This document shows positions 18,877 to 28,339 of a stretch of 64,000 nucleotides of DNA, one piece after another; positions within the stretch are counted from its first letter, which is position 1; each line of letters begins with the position of its first letter. Source of the DNA: Fibrobacteria bacterium (GTDB lineage: Bacteria; Fibrobacterota; Fibrobacteria; UBA11236; JADFYW01). The stretch covers positions 32,001 to 96,000 of the forward strand of contig JBNKOC010000027.1 in the NCBI GenBank assembly GCA_050294405.1. Reading direction: 5' to 3'. Under the pieces are notes generated by a model. It was not told the DNA's origin. It saw only the letters and a list, made by a program, of their open reading frames with translations, and did no database searches. A program made the translations under genes and the position numbers.

Positions 18877-20340
18877 TCAGGGGATGTTTTCCGAACGGAT
18901 TTCCCAATTATTGTCACTGCAATAGCTACAGCTAGAACCAATTAAAGCGCCTTTTCCGGTTTCACTTTCGTCTCCTTTGAGCCACCAGTTCAGCCAAACC
19001 AGATTAATTTTTGCAAAATCCCCACCATTGCGTTCCCATAAGTCACCGCCGTGGCCCTGGTTCTTGTTGCTAATAAAATACACAGGATGGCCCAAAGCCC
19101 GAATTCCATCGTAATCCCGGAGACCATTGTCATAAGCGCCAGTATTGTCCTGGTGCCCCTCCAATATCAGCACAGGAGTATGCACAGCATTCCACAATGT
19201 AGGATTGTTATTAAATGAACCGCTGCTGGTTAAACCCCAGGTGGTAATGCGGGGATCTTTGGCAGTGCCCATGGCCAATAATCCGCCACAGGAAAATCCA
19301 TTAGATGCTGTTTTAGTAACATCCAAACTATTGTAGTATTCACTACAAGGTTTGGAGTTTTCAGCAATGGCCCAATCTAAATAAGCTATCATGGGTCTTC
19401 CCATTTCGTCTAAGTCATTGGCGTTCATGGGTCTCCCTGAGCCTGAATTATTGGGGGTTCCATCAGCAATTACAAAGTAACCGTGAGAGGCTATTTCAGC
19501 CATAGCCGCCGAATTGGATAATCCATCTAAAGAACATCCTCCCTCACCCCACATGAAAATAGGGTAATTTTTTCCAGGACCCATATCCGCCGGCCTAAAT
19601 ATTGTGCCTTCGTCAATGTCATCATCTGAATTAGTCTCCACCACCACATCATGAGGCCCGCTTCCAGATACATTAGTATTAACTCTTTGAGATTCTGTAC
19701 AACTTCCTGTAAATTCAGCCTCCAAGTTAAAATCATGAGTTCCCTCGTAAGAATCAATGGTTACGGACTTGGAAGCGTAACCAAGAGCTGTTGCTTCCAG
19801 TTCATCAGCTGCAGCCTGCTTACCCAAGCCAGCTATTTTTTCTGAATTCGCAAGGGAGGAGTTTCCGTTGTAAAACCGATTGAGCACGGGATTGTAACTT
19901 AACTGAATATTACTTTCCCCAATTTGCAAATGCATTAACATCATGTTAGAAGCAATTTTCAAATCCTGAATATTAAATTGCAGTCTGCCACTTTGGGATT
20001 TTTCCCTTTTAAAACTTTTAAGCAAATTGCCCCGGTAATCATATATATCCAATTCTAATTCCTGGGACTCAGCCAGGAACATGCTCAAAAGGCCATTCCG
20101 GATTTCCAGCTTGTGAACCCCAGACAGAGCAAGCCCTTTTATGGATGTTAACTGCCCAGTAATATTGTATATGTCGGAAGCATCTGTTGTATCTGCCAAT
20201 TGGTTTGACTTTAAAGTAACAATAGCCCCGCCAATAGCATTGCCCTGAGAATCGGAAATTTTTCCACTAAGGGCAATGTTCTGAGCGAAAAGGCCGCAAC
20301 CCGCTAAAACGCATGACGCGAAAACACAGTGACGCAACAT
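18877..20340 (-). CDS. Secreted alpha/beta hydrolase (chlorophyllase/esterase-like) with N-terminal beta-sandwich domains
   Basis: Signal peptide; ISGKISDSQGNAIGGAIVTL-type carboxypeptidase-regulatory-like start; WGEGGC, EIASHGYFVIA, nucleophile GFSCGG; GGGAGG RBS. Confidence 0.8.
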   Translation of the reverse strand: MLRHCVFASCVLAGCGLFAQNIALSGKISDSQGNAIGGAIVTLKSNQLADTTDASDIYNITGQLTSIKGLALSGVHKLEIRNGLLSMFLAESQELELDIYDYRGNLLKSFKREKSQSGRLQFNIQDLKIASNMMLMHLQIGESNIQLSYNPVLNRFYNGNSSLANSEKIAGLGKQAAADELEATALGYASKSVTIDSYEGTHDFNLEAEFTGSCTESQRVNTNVSGSGPHDVVVETNSDDDIDEGTIFRPADMGPGKNYPIFMWGEGGCSLDGLSNSAAMAEIASHGYFVIADGTPNNSGSGRPMNANDLDEMGRPMIAYLDWAIAENSKPCSEYYNSLDVTKTASNGFSCGGLLAMGTAKDPRITTWGLTSSGSFNNNPTLWNAVHTPVLILEGHQDNTGAYDNGLRDYDGIRALGHPVYFISNKNQGHGGDLWERNGGDFAKINLVWLNWWLKGDESETGKGALIGSSCSYCSDNNWEIRSENIP

Positions 20341-20784
20341 ATACGTTTCCTCCCATATATTTAATTTTAATTGTCCTACCCTAAATCCGCACTACCATTC
20401 CACCCCAGTGGCAGGCGGATACTAATCTCAGTGCCCAATATCATGAGATTGTCCTGTATCTAAGTACATAAAATAAAATCATTTAACCTAAGAAGAACTA
20501 AATAGGCCAAGAATAGAATTTTTTATACAATTTATTGCGTATTTTATACATAATTTTCAAGTTTGAATTAAATTTTGCGGTTTCAACAATATTTTTTGAG
20601 CTATGCTGTTCATGTAAAATATTCAATTAAATATTTATTCAAAAACTGGAAGAGACCAAGTTCCACAAGAAGTCTAAGGCAGACAAATGGTTTATTTTCA
20701 ATATTGGCACGGGACTTAGTAGATATTTTTGTCTAGATTAGAAGAACCTGTCCGAGTCAAATTTAAGCAGAAAGAGAGTCTGTT

Positions 20785-21984
20785 TTGTTCACTCAATTTT
20801 TCCTTCTGATTACATCACTTTCGACAATTTTTTGCTCCTCAGCCATAGCGCAAAACAATGGTTCCCGCATTGTGGAATTTGGCACAACACTCCAACCACT
20901 AGAACAAAGAGAGGCTTCCCGGCAACTGGCCCAATCTATTGCGGATTCCAACCCCCAAAATTGGCGAGCCAAGGGAGATCAAAAAAGGCAATACTTTTTT
21001 AAAGAAGCCAATACAACGGTTCCCTATAGACTCTATGTTCCCAGCAGTTGGAATGGTGACAGCGCCTTACCCTTGGTAATGTTTTTACATGGGGCTGGCG
21101 CCAATGAAAACACATATGTGGATCAAAACAACAAACAAATGATAACATTAGCCGAGGAACACGGTTTTTTACTGCTATCTCCCCTTGGCCAAGGCGGTGC
21201 ATACGGAACCATAATCAGATTGCCCGCAGTATTTGGGGAGCAGGAAGAAGCCGATAAAATGATTGCTGCCCGCACCCCGGAGATTGAACAAACTGCTCAA
21301 ATAAGCGAAAAAGATGTTATTAATGTGCTGGAAATTATTTTAAATGAATATCCCATAAATCCCAACGGCATGTTTTTGACCGGACATTCCATGGGCAGCG
21401 GTGGAACTTGGTATCTGGGCGGAAAATACCATTTTTATTGGAAAGCTATCGCACCCATGTCCGGGCCCTTTGTGCAGCAAGAAGGTTATCCCTGGGAAAA
21501 TTTAAACAACATGCCTCTATTCATTACAGAGGGCACCATTGGCACGCCTTCTTTAACAGGAAGCCGCGAGCTTTTTGATTGGCTTAAGAACAAAAATTAC
21601 AATGTTCAATACAAAGAAGTGGAGGCCGATCATGGTGGCATGGTGCCTTTAGTTCTTCCTGATGTATTTAGATTTTTCAGTGAAAATCTGGAGCCAGCTT
21701 CTGTTGACATACAAAGCCATATTACTGACTCCCACTTCAAAAAAATTCAAATTGCAAAACGGCCTCAAGGTTGGGAAATAAGTTTTGCAAATCATCCCAA
21801 AATTTCAGATTTGTTTAGCCTGCAAATTTTTGATTTACGAGGAACAAAAAAATTCTCAATAGACCGGTTATCGTCCGGGTCCTCTTTCTTTTTGCCCCGT
21901 TTTCACCTTCCTGCAGGAAAATATCAACTGAGGCTAAAATCCGATAGCCGGCAAATAAATTTTAATTTGGAACTCGTGCCCTAG
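20785..21984 (+). CDS. Secreted alpha/beta hydrolase (esterase/peptidase-like) with a T9SS-like C-terminal domain
   Basis: PYRLYVP, PLVMFLHGAG, GHSMG, APMSG; tail IFDLRG...LPAGKYQLRL. Confidence 0.82.
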   Translation: MFTQFFLLITSLSTIFCSSAIAQNNGSRIVEFGTTLQPLEQREASRQLAQSIADSNPQNWRAKGDQKRQYFFKEANTTVPYRLYVPSSWNGDSALPLVMFLHGAGANENTYVDQNNKQMITLAEEHGFLLLSPLGQGGAYGTIIRLPAVFGEQEEADKMIAARTPEIEQTAQISEKDVINVLEIILNEYPINPNGMFLTGHSMGSGGTWYLGGKYHFYWKAIAPMSGPFVQQEGYPWENLNNMPLFITEGTIGTPSLTGSRELFDWLKNKNYNVQYKEVEADHGGMVPLVLPDVFRFFSENLEPASVDIQSHITDSHFKKIQIAKRPQGWEISFANHPKISDLFSLQIFDLRGTKKFSIDRLSSGSSFFLPRFHLPAGKYQLRLKSDSRQINFNLELVP

Positions 21985-22223
21985 TTTTGTTGATTTGCGC
22001 GCCACCTCCCTGAACTTAAATACAGAGAAGTTCAGAAAAATGGAAAGGCCCAGCGGATTTAACCAAAAAATATGCAGATTTTGTTAAAAAGCTAAAAATT
22101 CTTCAAATTTAGGCAGTTTTATTAAGATATGCGCCCAAATTAGCCTATAATAACCCCAATTTTTACAACCTTTTATAGAAAATTTGTTTATTAATATAGT
22201 AGACATATAGATTTGGGGGGATA

Positions 22224-24059
22224 GTGTCCAAGTTAAAAGCAATTTTAGCAGCAGGAGCTGCATTTTTAGGTATGGCATCAAGCGGGGCGATGGCTCAATA
22301 TCCTATCGGATATGAGGGTTGCGGGCCTTTGCAAAGTTCAGATTTTGAAGCTAACGTCCTTTTGTCCCACACAACCAAAAGTGAAGGTGCTGTAAAACAC
22401 GAGAGTTTACATAACCTTATTCGTTTCGATTTGCTAAAAAATGGCGATGACTACGACATTTTTTATGGGGGCTTTGAAGGGGTGCTTTATCGATACAATG
22501 CCCAAAGCAAAGAAATCACAACTATTAAAAATTTCAACACCATTCAAGGTAGCGTGGGGGCTCAATATAACCAGGGCGACCACGGACTAACCGGTATTGC
22601 CTTTCACCCTAATTTTGAAGAAAACAGATGGTTATTTGTTTTTTACACGCCTAAAGTGAGCGGCAATCAAAACCGGGTCATGCGCCTTTCCCGCTTTGAA
22701 ATGAGCGAAAGCTACGAACTGCAAAACGAGAAAGTTTTACTTTCCATGGAAGCCACCACCACTGACCAATGGCACAGCGGCGGGGATATGTATTTTACCG
22801 CCCAGGGCGATTTGTTTTTGCAAGTGGGCGATAACGTCGCTGATGATACCAGAAACGATTCAAGAGTATCTAATGCTGCCTGGTCCTCAGCCAACACAGC
22901 CAACCTTTTAGGAGGCGTGGTGCGTATCCATCCCGATAGCTCTGATGTGGGCTACGCCATTCCCAAAAATAATTTTGGAGAATATTTTGCACCCATTGAA
23001 AACAACCCTGACTACATGGATACCGCCCATGTAAAACCCGAGATTTTTGCCAAGGGCCAACGCAGCAATTTTACTGCAACAGGCCACCCCACGGAGCTCA
23101 TTCATATTTGGGGCGAAGTGTGTACGGATAACAGATGGGACGAAATTAACGTGGTGAACACTCCCGTATTCAGTGGCTGGCCCTTTTATCAGGGAAACGA
23201 AAGCTTGAAAAGGACTGGTGGAAGCAACAACCGTTATTCCCATAATATCAATGACAATCCCGTGATTACCGATGTGGTGGGAGCCAATTTAATGGACCCA
23301 AATTCTCTTTTAAAATTACCTAAAGTTTATCAGGCAGATTTGGTTATGGATACCGAATTTAATGTTGTGATGGCACAAGCTTTGTATTTCTATGGAAAGG
23401 GAGATGCCATTGTCCCAGGAAGAACCTTTCCTCCTAACTTCCATGAAACATTTATGTTTAGTAAGAGAGATGGGTTTAATGCAAGAATAGTTCCTATTAT
23501 CAAGAACGGCGACAATGTGACAGCGGAATTAAAAGACGAGTCTTATGAAATTACCAGCCTTTTAGCCCAGGACAGATTCGCCATTTTTAACACCATGACC
23601 GAGGCCAAATACGGCCCTGATGGAGCTTTATACATAATGGCCAGAGGTGGGGAATATAATTCTCCTAAAGGTATGATTACCCGAATTGATTATAAGGGCG
23701 ATTGCCAGGATCCTGATTTTTTCGCTGCCAATCATGCCGAAATTCAAGCTGCTAAAAGCAGCTCCGGCAATTTGGAAAGATACCGAGAAGATTTTTATGA
23801 TCCCATGTTATACACTGTGGGTATCAAAGACAGCAAATTTTATTTAAACCTAAATGCCGGAGATAAAATCAGTTTTGATGTGGTAAACATCCAGGGACAA
23901 AAACTGGGTACCTTCTCCACTCAAGTAAATGGCAAAAACAAACTCCCTCTATGGGACGGTATGCTAGCCTCTGGAAAAAAAGCCAAAAGCGGAATTTATA
24001 TTTTGAGATATAAAAACCTTTCCAACGGCGATGTATTCTCCAGGACACAGGCTCTGTAA
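22224..24059 (+). CDS. Secreted PQQ-dependent sugar (glucose/sorbosone) dehydrogenase-like beta-propeller with an FlgD-Ig/T9SS-like tail
   Basis: GLTGIAFHPNF, WHSGG, NLLGGVVRIHP, PEIFAKGQRS, GPDGALY; tail NIQGQK...WDG...SGIYIL. Confidence 0.8.
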   Translation: MSKLKAILAAGAAFLGMASSGAMAQYPIGYEGCGPLQSSDFEANVLLSHTTKSEGAVKHESLHNLIRFDLLKNGDDYDIFYGGFEGVLYRYNAQSKEITTIKNFNTIQGSVGAQYNQGDHGLTGIAFHPNFEENRWLFVFYTPKVSGNQNRVMRLSRFEMSESYELQNEKVLLSMEATTTDQWHSGGDMYFTAQGDLFLQVGDNVADDTRNDSRVSNAAWSSANTANLLGGVVRIHPDSSDVGYAIPKNNFGEYFAPIENNPDYMDTAHVKPEIFAKGQRSNFTATGHPTELIHIWGEVCTDNRWDEINVVNTPVFSGWPFYQGNESLKRTGGSNNRYSHNINDNPVITDVVGANLMDPNSLLKLPKVYQADLVMDTEFNVVMAQALYFYGKGDAIVPGRTFPPNFHETFMFSKRDGFNARIVPIIKNGDNVTAELKDESYEITSLLAQDRFAIFNTMTEAKYGPDGALYIMARGGEYNSPKGMITRIDYKGDCQDPDFFAANHAEIQAAKSSSGNLERYREDFYDPMLYTVGIKDSKFYLNLNAGDKISFDVVNIQGQKLGTFSTQVNGKNKLPLWDGMLASGKKAKSGIYILRYKNLSNGDVFSRTQAL

Positions 24060-24073
24060 ACCAAAAGGTTTAG

Positions 24074-24112
24074 AATAAAAAAAGGCTCTCTAAAAGAGAG
24101 CCTTTTTTTATT
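24074..24112. terminator. Bidirectional intrinsic terminator
   Basis: Perfect 18-bp inverted repeat AATAAAAAAAGGCTCTCT-AAA-AGAGAGCCTTTTTTTATT between convergent genes. Confidence 0.9.
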
Positions 24113-24160
24113 GGGTGAAAAAATTCATCGTGGTTAAGGGAGTCCAAAAGCCCCGAGGGA

Positions 24161-25489
24161 TCACTTTTTCTGTCCTTTCAAATTATACCAAAAATTCTGG
24201 AACCATATTTTTGCTCCCTTAAAAAATGAGCCTTTATCGCTTGCCTCCATTTTTTTTGGCGTGGCTAAACCAACCACGGCAAAGTTATTTATAAAAACAA
24301 AGGCCCCTGCGCGAGCTGAGGTTAGGATATCCAAACGGCCATCTCCGTTTACATCCATAACACTAATTTGAGTTCCTGTACCCGCTTCTTCATCAATAAT
24401 ATGGGGAATGTAACTCGGCTCCCCCCCATCTCTACTTAACTCAAACCAGGCCAATATTGCTGGCTCATTAGGATCTGCGCCATGGGCTCCCTTGCGCTTA
24501 CCAGTAACAATATCCTTTAACCCATCCCCGTTGATATCAGCCAGGGCAAGGGCATGTAATTGGGAAAAGGCAGCCCCGTATTCATTTCCTTCCTGGGGAG
24601 TACCCATAATCATATGTTTGTCAAAACTTTCTCCGCTTCCATCCAGATTTTCAAACCAGGCTAAATCATAACCATGAGCCTGTAAACTGCTAATAACATC
24701 ATTGTCTCCATCATCATCCACATCATAAACCAGCATTTGCGCTCCGCCGGTCCCCTCTGCGGGATAACGGTTGCCGTAAAACGCAAAAGGGTGGTGTATG
24801 AACAACTCTTCTGGAGATGTATGTTCCCACCATCCATTTTTTTCCAGAATATCTTTTTTACCGTCCCCGTTAAGATCGCCAACACCCAGTCCATGGGAAG
24901 CCATTTCATAATCAACCTCTCCGGATATGGGAATAAATGGCCACCTGGTCCATGAATCCTCCGGCACCTTTCTAAAATATCCCAATTTATTGTTAAACAA
25001 ACATATTACTTCGGGAACGGTGTCGCCTGCTATATCTTCAAAGGCAGGAGACTCGTTACTTACAACAGCAGAAACATAGGATCTATTCCATTGGCGCGAA
25101 TCAGGAAAACTGTCCAACTGAGGGTTTCCATACCAATTTAAAGTATCGTCCCAGCGCTTTTGCCACAATATATCCAGCCAACCATCGTTATCTATGTCAA
25201 AAACAAAATGGAGGTAGTTATCACTGTCTCCGTTTACACTCCAGGGTGTTTCTTTGGAACGGGTATACTCTTTTTTTGTTTTAAATTCTGGACCAGGATA
25301 AATAAAAGGACCAGCAACAATATCCACATGGCCATCCTTATTGAAATCTCCCGCAGAAATGCCTTCCGAATAAAAATCCGGGTTCAATTGGACTTTTTGC
25401 CAATTGGACTGCGCCTTTATTTGGGAGCAAACAAAAAGGGATGGCAGTAAAAACAAGCTAACTATCAAATGTCGTGTATTAAACTTCAT
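24161..25489 (-). CDS. Secreted FG-GAP/VCBS repeat beta-propeller protein
   Basis: Repeated DxNxDGxxD motifs (DFNKDGHVD, DIDNDGWLD, DLNGDGKKD, DVDDDGDND, DINGDGLKD, DVNGDGRLD); tail YNLKGQKK. Confidence 0.88.
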   Translation of the reverse strand: MKFNTRHLIVSLFLLPSLFVCSQIKAQSNWQKVQLNPDFYSEGISAGDFNKDGHVDIVAGPFIYPGPEFKTKKEYTRSKETPWSVNGDSDNYLHFVFDIDNDGWLDILWQKRWDDTLNWYGNPQLDSFPDSRQWNRSYVSAVVSNESPAFEDIAGDTVPEVICLFNNKLGYFRKVPEDSWTRWPFIPISGEVDYEMASHGLGVGDLNGDGKKDILEKNGWWEHTSPEELFIHHPFAFYGNRYPAEGTGGAQMLVYDVDDDGDNDVISSLQAHGYDLAWFENLDGSGESFDKHMIMGTPQEGNEYGAAFSQLHALALADINGDGLKDIVTGKRKGAHGADPNEPAILAWFELSRDGGEPSYIPHIIDEEAGTGTQISVMDVNGDGRLDILTSARAGAFVFINNFAVVGLATPKKMEASDKGSFFKGAKIWFQNFWYNLKGQKK

Positions 25490-25534
25490 TTAAGAATAGT
25501 TTAATAAATGTACTATGAAATAATTACGAATTTT

Positions 25535-25558
25535 TATGCTGCGGTCGGCCGGACTTGA
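25535..25558 (-). repeat. Direct repeat of the tRNA-Leu 3' end (att-like site)
   Basis: TATGCTGCGGTCGGCCGGACTTGA vs TATGGTGCGGTCGGCCGGACTTGA at 27716-27739; 23/24 identical, with 19 bp perfect. Confidence 0.88.
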
Positions 25559-25664
25559 TTACAAATAAAAAAACGCAAAAATTACAGGTTTTTCCAGCTT
25601 TTAACATTAAAAGCTCCTGAGTTCCAAATCTCAGAGTTATTTTTAAGGGATAACTCTTACAATT

Positions 25665-27665
25665 GTGACCACTCAACGGAGCCATATGACAGCCATTGCT
25701 GCGATTATTTCAATAGTCATATCCTGCCTATGGGGTTGCAATCAAACAACCTCTACAGATCCGGAAACAAAGACTTGTGCCCATGACGGAGAAGCTGAAA
25801 CAGATTACCTCAACTCTATTCAATGTCCTTCTGACTTTACCCTTCTACAAGGGAAACCCTTAAATCAGATATATGGAGACATTCATTCCATTAAATTCCT
25901 TTATTCAATCCAGGATGATTCTCTTTATTTTATCAACACCAAAAAATTTTCCGGACATTATTCATTTTCCAAACAGGTTTTAGCTTACCCGAAATCAGCT
26001 AAGGACTTCAATAACGAGCAGTATTATGCAAATCCAAACCGACTTTATTTTTTGGGTTCCCTGAATTATTACATGGCGGCCGAGCTTTATACCATGGAAT
26101 TTGTGGCCGGTGATCAAATTAATGGAGAACAGATAGAACTTGTTTACAATACTCTTCTAGCACACTGCTATTTTTCAGAAAAAATTAAGTTTTATCCTAC
26201 TTCCTCCACCTTAAAAGAACAAGCTCTTCTTCAAAATGGAAAAATTCCCATTATAAGCAGTGAAGAGCTTTTTAAAGAACAAAATTACCAGGCGCTCCAC
26301 GTCTCAAAAAATTATGGTTATTTAGAAAAAATAGAAAGCGAGTCAATTGAAAATAGTTATCTCAGTCGACATAACATTGTACTTACCAACGGGGTCCCCA
26401 ATAACATCCCTGTCGTGGCCGGTATTATCACCACAGATTTTCAAACTCCCTTTTCCCATATTAATGTTCTAAGTCAAAATCGAGATACACCAAACATGGC
26501 TCTGCGCATGGGTTGGGAGGACACAACCCTAAATTCCCTTCTGGGAAAATTGGTGTATTTTGAAGTAAAACCCGATACCTTTTTAATTTATGAGGCTAGC
26601 CTTTCGGAGGCCGAAGCTTTCTGGCTGCAAAATGAACCTAGCATCGGCGTAGAGTTGGAATGTAATGACTCCACGTCAGGCTTTTTCGATATGGATTCTC
26701 TGGACTATAGAGCCTATTCCCTGGTGGGCTCCAAGGCCGCCAATTTTGCGGAACTCAAACGGATAGATGTGGACACACTAGCTCCACTTCCCGTTCCGGA
26801 AGGGGGATTTGCCATCCCGTTTTTTTATTATCGCCAACATCTTCAGGTTAATGGATTGGATACTGTTCTCACCAACATGCTTTCTGATTCAGGATTTCAA
26901 AACAATGTGGAAATTAGAAAATTAAAACTATTAGGCTTCACAACAGCAATTGAAAAGGCCCCTATCAATCCTGATTTTTTGAAAATGGTAACTGATAAAA
27001 TAAAGACCAAAAGTTCCTATACTGCAATTCGTTTCCGTTCTTCTACCAATGCCGAAGATACAGAATTTTTTAATGGTGCAGGATTATACGCTTCAAAAAC
27101 AGGCCGTTTGGAAGATCCAGATAAACCCATAGACAAAGCTATCAAAAAGGTTTGGGCCAGCCTTTGGACTTTCCGGGCTTTTGAAGAGCGGGCCTATTAC
27201 AAAATTGATCAAATGCGGGTGGCAATGGGTATTCTTGTCCATCGTTCCTTTCCGGATGAACTCGCCAATGGGGTAGCAATCACAGTTAATATTTACAATC
27301 AAAAACTACCAGGCTATACCATTAATGTACAGCAAGGCGAAACCAGCGTGGTATCACCGGAACCAGGTATCACTTGTGATCAACTTCTCTTTTATCCCTT
27401 TTATCAAAACGCTTTTGAAAACCCAGTTATTGAATACATCACACATTCCTCCCTTACAGACGGGACGTCTGTTCTTGCCGATTCGGAAGTCTTGCTGCTT
27501 TCACAATATTTATACCGTATTATTTTATGGTTTCACAACAATGTATATACTGACATCAATCCACCTGCCATAAAACCAGCTATGGACGTTGAATTTAAAT
27601 TTGACAGCCCAGATAGGAAGCTATATATCAAACAAGTCCGGCCTTACAGTTTAAAAGCAGAATAA
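25665..27665 (+). CDS. Lipoprotein with a phosphohistidine swivel domain and a C-terminal PEP/pyruvate-binding (PPDK_N ATP-grasp) domain
   Basis: Lipobox CLWGC; GIITTDFQTPFSHINV; VGSKAANFAEL; RFRSSTNAED...GAGLY; IKKVWASLW; MDVEFK...LYIKQVRP. Confidence 0.82.
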   Translation: MTTQRSHMTAIAAIISIVISCLWGCNQTTSTDPETKTCAHDGEAETDYLNSIQCPSDFTLLQGKPLNQIYGDIHSIKFLYSIQDDSLYFINTKKFSGHYSFSKQVLAYPKSAKDFNNEQYYANPNRLYFLGSLNYYMAAELYTMEFVAGDQINGEQIELVYNTLLAHCYFSEKIKFYPTSSTLKEQALLQNGKIPIISSEELFKEQNYQALHVSKNYGYLEKIESESIENSYLSRHNIVLTNGVPNNIPVVAGIITTDFQTPFSHINVLSQNRDTPNMALRMGWEDTTLNSLLGKLVYFEVKPDTFLIYEASLSEAEAFWLQNEPSIGVELECNDSTSGFFDMDSLDYRAYSLVGSKAANFAELKRIDVDTLAPLPVPEGGFAIPFFYYRQHLQVNGLDTVLTNMLSDSGFQNNVEIRKLKLLGFTTAIEKAPINPDFLKMVTDKIKTKSSYTAIRFRSSTNAEDTEFFNGAGLYASKTGRLEDPDKPIDKAIKKVWASLWTFRAFEERAYYKIDQMRVAMGILVHRSFPDELANGVAITVNIYNQKLPGYTINVQQGETSVVSPEPGITCDQLLFYPFYQNAFENPVIEYITHSSLTDGTSVLADSEVLLLSQYLYRIILWFHNNVYTDINPPAIKPAMDVEFKFDSPDRKLYIKQVRPYSLKAE

Positions 27666-27717
27666 GAAGTTGTAAAGGACGGCAGATTAATCTGGAGCAA
27701 TTATGCGAAAAAGAATA

Positions 27718-27804
27718 TGGTGCGGTCGGCCGGACTTGAACCGGCACGGGAGTACTCCCACCAGCCCCTCAAGCTGGCGCGTCTACCAATTCCACCACGA
27801 CCGC
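27718..27804 (-). tRNA. tRNA-Leu(GAG)
   Basis: GCGGTCGTGGTGGAATTGGTAGACGCGCCAGCTTGAGGGGCTGGTGGGAGTACTCCCGTGCCGGTTCAAGTCCGGCCGACCGCACCA: cloverleaf, long variable arm, encoded CCA; the usual position after secG. Confidence 0.97.
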
Positions 27805-27815
27805 ATAAGTAAAAA

Positions 27816-28301
27816 CTATTCTTCGGATTCTGGCGCTGTTTCAAGGCCAGGAATAGAAGGAGCTTGCTCTGTTGCACCTTCACTTGCTGCCGGAGCCTCC
27901 CCAGCAGAGCTATTTTCCCCATCAGATTGAGCAGGAGCTTGTTGGATTCCGGGAACACCACCAACTGGGGCACTGCCAGAATTTACTCCCTCGGGAATAA
28001 CGCTGGAAAGAGATTTACGAGGTTCTAAATCGGATGAAAAACCCTGCGGGCCACTTTTTTTAACGGACAAAGCATTCAACAACAAAATCACCACAAAAGA
28101 GGCAATCGCTGTCCACTGGGTAATTTTCGTAAGCAAAGTGGCGGCAGAAGCCCCTGAAAATGCCGCGTTACTGCCCATACCTCCAAAGGCACCAGCCAAT
28201 CCGCCACCTTTATCATTTTGCACCAATACCAGCAAAATCAAAAACAGGCAAATAAGCACATGCAAAATGAGGAAAAATGGATATAAAAAATCAATACTCA
28301 T
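27816..28301 (-). CDS. secG: Preprotein translocase subunit SecG with an acidic low-complexity tail
   Basis: LVLVQNDKGGGLAGAFGG...LLTKIT; tpiA-secG-tRNA-Leu synteny. Confidence 0.93.
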   Translation of the reverse strand: MSIDFLYPFFLILHVLICLFLILLVLVQNDKGGGLAGAFGGMGSNAAFSGASAATLLTKITQWTAIASFVVILLLNALSVKKSGPQGFSSDLEPRKSLSSVIPEGVNSGSAPVGGVPGIQQAPAQSDGENSSAGEAPAASEGATEQAPSIPGLETAPESEE

Positions 28302-28339
28302 AAGAATTTACCTCGGAAAAAGGATTTAAATCGTTCCGA

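Larger units (their letters stand above)
25535..27739. mobile_element. Putative tRNA-Leu-integrated genomic islet (~2.2 kb, no integrase)
   Basis: Flanked by the tRNA 3'-end direct repeats; contains one CDS. Confidence 0.6.

Noticed and set aside
25665..27665. Calling this gene PEP synthase (ppsA) because glycolytic genes are adjacent
   Set aside because: It lacks the C-terminal PEP-binding barrel, the domain order is reversed, and it has a lipoprotein signal
27701..27973. ORFs overlapping tRNA-Leu and secG
   Set aside because: Shadow frames of the tRNA and secG
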